Below are positions 40,677 through 47,473 of a stretch of DNA of 64,000 nucleotides, piece after piece. Source of the DNA: an uncultured Christensenella sp. (GTDB taxonomy: Bacteria; Bacillota; Clostridia; Christensenellales; UBA1242); contig CASDOR010000027.1 in the NCBI GenBank assembly GCA_949282135.1, positions 24,608 to 88,607 of the forward strand, written 5' to 3'. Below the pieces are notes generated by a model that was not told the DNA's origin, did not search any database, and saw only the letters and a list, made by a program, of their open reading frames with translations. Position 1 is the first letter of the stretch; every line of letters starts with the position of its first letter. A program made the translations under genes and the position numbers.

Positions 40677-42092
40677 ATGGAAGTTAAGGTAGTAATGAGA
40701 AGTGTTTTGGATGGAGCTTTAGGTCAGATATCTGATGAAACTTTATTAAAAAATGTAATAGAAATAGTAAAAAGGGAAAATCCAGAGGAAGATACAATAA
40801 AAACTGCAAATTTAGTTAGCCACATTATTAAAGAAATGAGAGGGGAAGACCTTTTAAAGGCAGATAAAAAATATGATAATAATTTCAATAATATTGTGGC
40901 AGGGCTTATGGGCTCGACCTGTTATATGAAAGATAATTTTGAAAAATTATATAAAAGAACCGAAGACCAGATTTTAAGAATTGCAAATACTGTTCTAGTT
41001 AATGGACATCATTCTACTTTTGGGCACTCTCATGTAACTCTTCAAATTACTAATATTCCTAAATCTCTTGCAATAGTTTTAAATAATGAAAAAGAATATA
41101 ATACGTCTGAAAAATCTGCAAGATATACTATAATGAAAGACATTAATCCTAAAAATAATGCTCTTTTTGATAAATGGATGGAAATTTTTAATAGAAAGAT
41201 TGAGCAAAAATATAATAGTTCTCTTGCTTCAAACTTTTTTGACGAAAAAGGAATAAAAATAAAAAAATTGAGTCAAGAAAATGCTAGATATTTAATTCCA
41301 ATATCAACTCCTACAAATATGGTTTATACAACTTCATTTAGACAACTAAATTATCTTTGTCATTTATTTGAGAAAGAAATTGAACAGCCATCTAACACTT
41401 ATTATAAAGACCTTAAAACGGATATGTTAGATTTTATTGACAATATTAAGATGTTAAATCTTTATATTCCTGAATTAGAGGACCATAAAGATAGAAAGTT
41501 GAGCCTTTTTGGGGATGGTATTGCAGATAGTATTTATTCAAATGTGTATCAAACTGAATACCCAATGTCTTTTGCGTGTCTTGCACAAGCACAAAGGCAT
41601 AGGACACTTAACTACAATATTATTGAAAGTGAATATAATCCGAATTATGCTATGTGCTATATTCCTCCAATTATTGATGATGATAAAAAATTAAAAAAAG
41701 AATTTATAGGTGATTTTGTTTCAGTAAAAGATACAATACCTCAAGGAACACTTGTTAATTGTGTTGAAAGAGGAACAATTGAGAATTTTGTTTTAAAGGC
41801 AAAAGAAAGGTTATGTTCACAAGCGCAAAAAGAGGTTAGAGATAGAACTTTTGCTACAGCAAAAGAGTATACCCAGGCATTGTATAGCACAAAAGAAAAA
41901 TATGAAAAAATGGCAAAAAGTGAATTTGTAAAGAGTGAATTTAGAAAAATTAATAAAGCTAAAATGGATCTCACGGAAGAGTTAATAGAAAAGATAGAAC
42001 CACTAACTAAGGGTTCTCGTTGTATGTCGGGGTATAAATGTGCATCTCCTTGCGGATTTAAAGAGGGAATAGAACTTGAAAGTATGATATAA
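40677..42092 (+). CDS. ThyX (Thy1)-like protein, divergent tandem-repeat architecture
   Basis: 471 aa. The first half has ThyX-like HHSTFGH..VTLQI..SEKSARY..ENARYLIP but no RHR. The second half has QAQRHRTLNYNIIES and RLCSQAQKEVRDR (like ..RHR..S and ..AQWEIR). The C-terminus is Cys-rich (GSRCMSGYKCASPCG). Confidence 0.4.
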   Translation: MEVKVVMRSVLDGALGQISDETLLKNVIEIVKRENPEEDTIKTANLVSHIIKEMRGEDLLKADKKYDNNFNNIVAGLMGSTCYMKDNFEKLYKRTEDQILRIANTVLVNGHHSTFGHSHVTLQITNIPKSLAIVLNNEKEYNTSEKSARYTIMKDINPKNNALFDKWMEIFNRKIEQKYNSSLASNFFDEKGIKIKKLSQENARYLIPISTPTNMVYTTSFRQLNYLCHLFEKEIEQPSNTYYKDLKTDMLDFIDNIKMLNLYIPELEDHKDRKLSLFGDGIADSIYSNVYQTEYPMSFACLAQAQRHRTLNYNIIESEYNPNYAMCYIPPIIDDDKKLKKEFIGDFVSVKDTIPQGTLVNCVERGTIENFVLKAKERLCSQAQKEVRDRTFATAKEYTQALYSTKEKYEKMAKSEFVKSEFRKINKAKMDLTEELIEKIEPLTKGSRCMSGYKCASPCGFKEGIELESMI

Positions 42093-42251
42093 TAAAAGTA
42101 AAAGCTTTTGATAATATAAAAAATGTTTAAAAACTTTGTCTTTTTCTTATCTTATTTAAGTCAGCTTAATTTATATTTATACTGCTTTTTAGATTATTTA
42201 TTTTGTAAATCTAAGCAACTTTATTATTAAAATCATTATATAGATTAAAAT

Positions 42252-42340
42252 AAAAAATCACCAGTAGTGAGTTAAGAGTAAGCTAAAAAGTTACATAACT
42301 TTTATGAAGTTTATTTCATTACACTACTGGTGTTTTTTTT
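42252..42340. terminator. Bidirectional hairpin with unusually long loop (after ThyX-like gene and lexA)
   Basis: An 11-bp perfect stem CACCAGTAGTG (42259-42269) / CACTACTGGTG (42322-42332) encloses 52 nt. An A-run precedes it and a T8-run follows. The loop contains a secondary palindrome AAGTTAcaTAACTT. Confidence 0.5.
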
Positions 42341-42397
42341 ACGAGTGGAGCTAAATTTTATTAAAAGTATATATTTTTTTATTTTTTTGGCAGTCAC

Positions 42398-43024
42398 TTA
42401 TTTTATATGTCTTATTAGTCCTATAACTTTACCTAGTATTTTTACGTTTTTTGCGTATATTGGTTCCATTAAGTCGTTTTCAGGTTGTAATCTTATTCTG
42501 TCTTTTTCCTTATAAAACCTCTTTACGGTTACTGAATCGTCAATCATTGCAACTATAATTTCGGTATTTTCAGCAGTCTCTTGTTTTCTAACCAAAACTT
42601 TATCATTATTTAAAATGCCTGCATTAATCATGCTATCTCCTTTAATTGTAAGCATAAATACATCATTACTTGCTATATTAAATAAGTTATCAGAAATCTC
42701 ATATACATCATCATAGTTTATGCTTGCAAAAATAGGTGTACCTGCCGCGACGTCACCTAATAGTGGTACTTTTTTTATATTTTGCTTGGAATTTGCTATT
42801 AAGTTTTTAGTGAGCTCAATGCTTCTACTTTTATTTGAATCTCGTTTAATTAAATTTTTTTCCTCGAGTTTGTTTAAATAATAAATAATTGTAGAGGTAG
42901 AAGCAATTGATAAAATTTCCATTAATTCACGTACAGTAGGAGGGAATCCCTTTTCATTTATAAAGGTTTCAATCACATTATATATATAAGATAACCTTTG
43001 TTCAGAATCTCTTTTATTTTTCAT
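42398..43024 (-). CDS. lexA: LexA repressor
   Basis: 208 aa with an N-terminal wHTH (GFPPTVRELMEIL), an Ala-Gly cleavage site (LLGDVAAGTP), and catalytic Ser (GDSMINAGI) and Lys (VLVRKQ). Confidence 0.95.
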   Translation of the reverse strand: MKNKRDSEQRLSYIYNVIETFINEKGFPPTVRELMEILSIASTSTIIYYLNKLEEKNLIKRDSNKSRSIELTKNLIANSKQNIKKVPLLGDVAAGTPIFASINYDDVYEISDNLFNIASNDVFMLTIKGDSMINAGILNNDKVLVRKQETAENTEIIVAMIDDSVTVKRFYKEKDRIRLQPENDLMEPIYAKNVKILGKVIGLIRHIK

Positions 43025-43082
43025 TTTAAATATCTTACTCCGTAATTTACAAAATTACTATAGCAAAAAAAATACAACTTGT

Positions 43083-43096
43083 CAAACATTTGTTCG
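43083..43096. promoter_or_regulatory. LexA (SOS/Cheo) box upstream of lexA
   Basis: CAAACATTTGTTCG matches the Gram-positive consensus CGAACnnnnGTTCG with one mismatch. It lies about 60 nt upstream of the lexA start. Confidence 0.7.
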
Positions 43097-43104
43097 AATA
43101 AAAG

Positions 43105-44157
43105 TTATTCATCTCTTAGTTTTATTACATTTGCCACATTTCTACGTGCATCTTCTGAGATTGCAGCATAGTGTTTTTTTGTTGTGTTGACATCTTTATG
43201 TCCTAGTACGTCAGCCACAATATAAATGTCTTTAGTTTCTCTATATAAATTTGTACCATAAGTACTGCGTAATTTGTGGGGAGTAATATGTTTTAATGGT
43301 ACACATGCTTCACTATATTTTTTAACTAATTTTTCTACAGCTCTAACAGAAATTCTTTTATTTTGAATGGACAAAAATAAAGCCTTTTCATTTTTATCGA
43401 CATTTTCATTATTTAGTCTTTCCTCTAAGTAGTCTCTTAGGGCAGAGGCTACTTCGTCAGAAAAATATAATACAACCTGACTTCCACCTTTTCTTGTAAT
43501 CTTAAAACCATTTACTTCAAAGTCAAGGTCTTCAATATTAAGACCAACACATTCGCTAACACGAATTCCAGTGCCTAGCAATAGTGTAAGTAATGCGACA
43601 TCTCTTTTTTTTGTAATTTCATTATAAGACTTTTGTCTCTTTGAAAAATTTTGAGGGCTTTCTGCTTCATTAATAAGCTTTACAATTTCATCAACTTCAA
43701 GTCTTATAATTTCTTTTTCTCTAATCTTTGGTGTATCAATTTTTGCTGAGACATTAGAGGCAATTTTATCTTTCTTATAAAAATAGTTAAGTAAGCATCT
43801 TATTGAAGAGAGTTTTCTAGCCTTTGCTGAAGCGGCATTAGATAATATTTTTTTACTGTCCTTGCTATAAGAAGATAAATAGTTTAAGTAATATTCAATA
43901 TGAGAAGATGAAATTTTAGACAAATCATCATAATCTAACTCTTCTACATTTTTATCTTTAAACTCAAAAATCTCATTTATTAAAAACTCAAAAAAACTTT
44001 TTATGTCATGCAAATACTCTAGTTGTGTTAGAGTAGTGGTTTTATTTTCAATTCCAACAATAAAGTCCGAGCAAAAAGAGGGAAGTGTTGTTAGAATTTC
44101 ACCAATTTTAACTTTATTTTTAAAATCTCTTTCTTTGAAATAATTATTTTCATTCAT
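43105..44157 (-). CDS. Tyrosine site-specific recombinase (Xer-like, 350 aa)
   Basis: It has an N-terminal SAM-like core-binding domain and a complete catalytic set: R (GTGIRVSE), K (ITRKGG), HxxR (HKLRST), H (LGHKDV), Y (KKHYA). It lies outside the prophage repeats and immediately upstream of lexA. Confidence 0.85.
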   Translation of the reverse strand: MNENNYFKERDFKNKVKIGEILTTLPSFCSDFIVGIENKTTTLTQLEYLHDIKSFFEFLINEIFEFKDKNVEELDYDDLSKISSSHIEYYLNYLSSYSKDSKKILSNAASAKARKLSSIRCLLNYFYKKDKIASNVSAKIDTPKIREKEIIRLEVDEIVKLINEAESPQNFSKRQKSYNEITKKRDVALLTLLLGTGIRVSECVGLNIEDLDFEVNGFKITRKGGSQVVLYFSDEVASALRDYLEERLNNENVDKNEKALFLSIQNKRISVRAVEKLVKKYSEACVPLKHITPHKLRSTYGTNLYRETKDIYIVADVLGHKDVNTTKKHYAAISEDARRNVANVIKLRDE

Positions 44158-44255
44158 CTTAAATTAATTTTACCAATAAAACAAAAAAATGTAAAACAAA
44201 AGTTGACTTAGAACACTAATAAATTTATAATAAAATGGATTAGGGAGAAAGCATT

Positions 44256-45533
44256 ATGTTATCAATAGAGCTAATAAAAAACGAAACAAAAAAAGTTCAA
44301 GACCTTCTTGAAAAAAAAGGATGTAAAGTTGATTTTTCTGAGGTTTTGACTTATGACGAGGAAAGAAGAAAGACAATTCAACAAGTTGAGGAACTAAAAG
44401 CAAAGAAAAACAAAGTTAGTTCTATGATACCTCAATACAAAAAAGAGGGAAAGGATACTTCAAGCATTTTTGAAGATATGAAATTACTTGGCAGTAAAAT
44501 TGAAGAATTAGATAAAACCGTTGAAGATTATGATAAAAAAATTAAAGATTTTATTGTAGTCCTGCCAAATTTACCAGACGAGGACTTGCTTCCTGGAGGC
44601 AAAGAAAATAATAGGGTCATTAGAACAGGGAACAAAAAGCCTGAATTTTCTTTTAAGATAAAAAATCATGTTGACTTGTGTACAGAATTAAACTTAATTG
44701 ATTATGATAGGGGTGTCAAACTTGCTGGAAACGGAGCATGGATATATAGAGGAGTAGGTGCTAGATTAGAGTGGGCACTACTAAATTATTTTATTGATGA
44801 ACATTTAAATGATGGGTATGAGTTTATTTTACCTCCTCATATGTTAAATTACGATTGTGGCTTTGGTGCTGGGCAATTTCCAAAGTTTTCTGATGAAGTA
44901 TATTGGATAGATAAAAAGGATGAAAAGTCTAAGTTCTTACTTCCTACAGCTGAAACTGCGCTTGTGAACATGTATAAAGGAGAAATTATTCCAGAGAGTA
45001 ATTTGCCAATGAAGTTTTTTGCATATACACCTTGCTATAGAAGGGAGGCAGGGAGTTATAGGCAAGAAGAACGTGGAATGATAAGAGGGCATCAATTTAA
45101 TAAGATTGAGATGGTCCAGTACACAACTCCAGAAAATAGTTCAAAAGCATTTGAAGAATTAGTATCAAAAGCTGAAAATCTTGTAAAAAAATTAGGGCTT
45201 CACTATCAAGTCTCTAAATTAGCAGCTGGGGATTGTTCTGCGTCTATGAGAAGAACTTATGATATTGAAGTTTGGATTCCAAGTATGGGGATTTATAAGG
45301 AAGTATCTTCTGCATCTAATGCTGGTGATTATCAAGCTAGAAGAAATAACACCAAATATAGAAAAAATGATACTAAAAAGACCGAGTATGTTCATACTCT
45401 TAATGCTAGTGGACTTGCAACGTCACGACTCCTTCCTGCGATTGTAGAACAATTTCAAAACGAGGATGGTAGTGTTACAATTCCAGAAGTTTTAAGAAAA
45501 TATATGGGTGGCATGACAGTAATTAAAAAGTAG
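44256..45533 (+). CDS. serS: Seryl-tRNA synthetase
   Basis: 425 aa with an N-terminal coiled-coil arm and class II motifs (CYRREAGSYRQEERGMIRGHQFNKIEM; TLNASGLATSRLLPAIVEQ). Confidence 0.95.
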   Translation: MLSIELIKNETKKVQDLLEKKGCKVDFSEVLTYDEERRKTIQQVEELKAKKNKVSSMIPQYKKEGKDTSSIFEDMKLLGSKIEELDKTVEDYDKKIKDFIVVLPNLPDEDLLPGGKENNRVIRTGNKKPEFSFKIKNHVDLCTELNLIDYDRGVKLAGNGAWIYRGVGARLEWALLNYFIDEHLNDGYEFILPPHMLNYDCGFGAGQFPKFSDEVYWIDKKDEKSKFLLPTAETALVNMYKGEIIPESNLPMKFFAYTPCYRREAGSYRQEERGMIRGHQFNKIEMVQYTTPENSSKAFEELVSKAENLVKKLGLHYQVSKLAAGDCSASMRRTYDIEVWIPSMGIYKEVSSASNAGDYQARRNNTKYRKNDTKKTEYVHTLNASGLATSRLLPAIVEQFQNEDGSVTIPEVLRKYMGGMTVIKK

Positions 45534-45549
45534 AAAGAAAAAGTATTTT

Positions 45550-46446
45550 ATGAATGAGGAATTAATTAGAGATTTTGCTTTGAGAAAAGATAAGTCAAAA
45601 GTGCAGGAGTTTTATAATATTGCACTTAATATTTTGACGTCTGCATTAGATGAGCTTAATAATAAAAGTGAGAATGGTGTTATTAAGCTGTCTGAAGAAT
45701 CGACAAGAATTTTCCCAATGGGAGATTATACTAACGATACGTTCATAGATCAAACTGGTGAATTAGAAATTGTAGTTGCAACAAATGATGCACAAATTAT
45801 TTTAAACACTACCAATTATTCAAATGAGATTAAAAATAAAAAAAACAAGAAAAACACTGAAATATCACAAAGAGGGACAATTGATATAATAGTTTATAAA
45901 TTACTCGAAATATTAGTTTCATACTTTAGCGAAGATACGACATTGTTTTTGACCAACGATGGCATAAAAATTCTTTGTCTTAAAGAGTATGGATTTAAAA
46001 TGCTAATTAGATTTGCAACATATAGTGTTGATGATGAAAATGCAACCTTATTTTTTTGGGAGCCTGTAGCAAAGGTTCAAAATCCAGTAAACTTATTTGT
46101 TTATAATGAGCAGATGGAAAATAAAGACAAAGAAACTAATGGAAATTATAAAAGATTAGTTAGAATTTATAAAAATATAAGAAAAACCATTTTGCTTAAC
46201 AAGTGGTCAATGAGTAGTGATCTTAATAAGTATTTTGTTGAACTTATAATATATAATATTCCAAGTAATTTAATGTTAGGGAATGACATAGTAAAAATTT
46301 TCTATAAGTCCTACAACTATCTTGTAAATTGCAATATTTTAAGTTTTGCTTCCTTTGATAATAGACATATAAATACGTTTAGTTTAGCTAAAATAACATA
46401 CTATAAAATTAACAATTATATAAGATTGCTTAAAAAATTAGTTTAG
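45550..46446 (+). CDS. Pol-beta-fold nucleotidyltransferase-like protein (CD-NTase/OAS-like layout, acidic triad degenerate)
   Basis: 298 aa. The G[S/D]-x9-13-[DE]h[DE]h layout is present as MGDYTNDTFIDQTGELEIVV. A downstream helical segment (NGNYKRLVRIYKNIRK) is typical of OAS/CD-NTase-like proteins. No clear third Asp and no effector gene nearby. Confidence 0.3.
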   Translation: MNEELIRDFALRKDKSKVQEFYNIALNILTSALDELNNKSENGVIKLSEESTRIFPMGDYTNDTFIDQTGELEIVVATNDAQIILNTTNYSNEIKNKKNKKNTEISQRGTIDIIVYKLLEILVSYFSEDTTLFLTNDGIKILCLKEYGFKMLIRFATYSVDDENATLFFWEPVAKVQNPVNLFVYNEQMENKDKETNGNYKRLVRIYKNIRKTILLNKWSMSSDLNKYFVELIIYNIPSNLMLGNDIVKIFYKSYNYLVNCNILSFASFDNRHINTFSLAKITYYKINNYIRLLKKLV

Positions 46447-46451
46447 AGTAG

Positions 46452-46596
46452 GTACTATGCAAACTTATTTATAACAATCTAAGTAAGTACTATGCAAACT
46501 TTTTATTTATAAAAATAAAAATTATATATCTATTATGACTCAAAAATAATTTTTGCAAGATTTGTTTAAAAACTTAAATCAAGTACTATGCAAACT
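46452..46596 (+). repeat. Three direct copies of GTACTATGCAAACT
   Basis: Identical 14-mers at 46452-46465, 46487-46500 and 46583-46596, all in the same orientation, within the ORF-free region left of the prophage. Confidence 0.9.
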
Positions 46597-46965
46597 ATTT
46601 TTTATTATTTTAAAAATTATAATTAAAATTATATAAGAAATCTCAATTAGTTTTAAGCAAAAATCAGAATCAAAAAATTGATTTTTTTACAAATAATACA
46701 GTGACTTATAAAAAAAGTTCTTTGTCGAAAATTTTAAATGAGGAGTAATTCATATAAAAAATAAAATTCTGTCTCAGAGCGTTTTATATGAATAAAAAAG
46801 GGAAAATATCATTAGAAAAATAATTATAATTTTATAAAGCTATTTATAAAGTATATTTTGGCTTAGAAAAATTAATTTTAAGACTTAGACTTACAGATGT
46901 TTTTAAAAATAAATTTGTTCAAAAAACGCTTAAAAATCCTACTTTTTTGTTAAAAATATACGTAT

Positions 46966-46995
46966 CTATTCGTAAAACCTGTATTTTACGAATAG
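46966..46995. other. attL / dif-like core: perfect 12-6-12 inverted repeat CTATTCGTAAAA-CCTGTA-TTTTACGAATAG
   Basis: Read directly from the sequence. The right arm plus 4 nt of spacer plus TT (46980-46997) is repeated exactly at 52177-52194. Confidence 0.7.
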
Positions 46996-47000
46996 TTGTT

Positions 47001-47156
47001 CTAATAAGACTCAATAAAATTTTCTACTATTCTTCTTAGTACCTCGCTCCTCCCTTCTTCTTTATTCTTGCATATTTCGTCTAATTTTTTTATTGTTTTT
47101 TGTTTAAGTCTTATTGTTACAACTGCTTTTGGTGGTATTATTGATTTTGTTTTCAT
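47001..47156 (-). CDS. Ribbon-helix-helix (CopG/Arc/MetJ-type) DNA-binding protein, 51 aa (below ORF-track cutoff)
   Basis: Manual translation: MKTKSIIPPKAVVTIRLKQKTIKKLDEICKNKEEGRSEVLRRIVENFIESY. It reads as a beta-strand (VVTIRL), helix, G, helix. SD ggggag, own consensus promoter. The stop lies 4 nt inside the left direct repeat boundary. Confidence 0.6.
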   Translation of the reverse strand: MKTKSIIPPKAVVTIRLKQKTIKKLDEICKNKEEGRSEVLRRIVENFIESY

Positions 47157-47185
47157 TTTTCTCCCCTTTTTTGTATACGTTTATA

Positions 47186-47213
47186 ATTATATTTTATTTT
47201 AATTCTTTGTCAA
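47186..47213 (-). promoter_or_regulatory. Consensus sigma-A promoter driving the RHH gene
   Basis: On the minus strand, TTGACA (47213-47208), a 16-nt spacer, then TATAAT (47191-47186), about 30 nt upstream of the RHH start. Confidence 0.6.
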
Positions 47214-47238
47214 CTACTTTTTTAATTTTTTTCACACC

Positions 47239-47280
47239 AAAAAAAATACCCACTTGCTGACGGGCAAATTATCGCAAGTG
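47239..47280 (-). terminator. Hairpin plus T-run separating the Rep gene from the RHH transcription unit
   Basis: On the minus strand, CACTTGC-16 nt-GCAAGTG is followed by GGTATTTTTTTT. Confidence 0.45.
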
Positions 47281-47353
47281 CGGTATACCTAGCGAATAAA
47301 GCTTTAGCGACTGAGCGGAGCAGAAACTAACGTACAGCTGTATGCTCTACCCT

Positions 47354-47367
47354 ACTTTGCATAGTAC
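47354..47367 (-). repeat. Inverted, one-mismatch copy of the 14-nt motif (GTACTATGCAAAGT) inside the prophage non-coding region
   Basis: The plus strand reads ACTTTGCATAGTAC. The reverse complement differs from the host copies only at position 13. Confidence 0.8.
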
Positions 47368-47473
47368 TATAATTATATGCATTACATAAGTAATTCTCTT
47401 ACCCAGCATTTCCTGACGGGCTTATGCCGGCTCGGGCGCCGCTCGATAATAAAAAAAAAGAATAGTATTTCTA

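Noticed and set aside
45550-46446. Calling the NTase-like gene a CBASS system
   Set aside because: There is no adjacent effector, Cap or sensor gene. The catalytic carboxylates are non-canonical or incomplete, and the assignment itself rests on a weak by-eye motif match.
46452-46596. Possible miniature CRISPR array formed by the three 14-nt repeats
   Set aside because: There are only three copies. The repeat is far shorter than CRISPR repeats, the spacing is irregular (22 and 82 nt), and no cas genes or leader are present.
46966-46995. The 12-6-12 palindrome as an ordinary rho-independent terminator
   Set aside because: No T-run follows it on either strand. Its right half is exactly duplicated at the other end of the phage, with a related left arm, which fits a recombination core site rather than a terminator.
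46452-47367. Reading the GTACTATGCAAA motif as ArgR (ARG-box) sites acting as Xer accessory sequences, as at ColE1 cer
   Set aside because: The motif shares ATGCAAA with the right half of the ARG-box-like operator upstream of argR (3216-3229). However, none of the copies has a matching left half at the required 4-nt spacing, so they are at best half-sites. The idea is kept only as a remote possibility.
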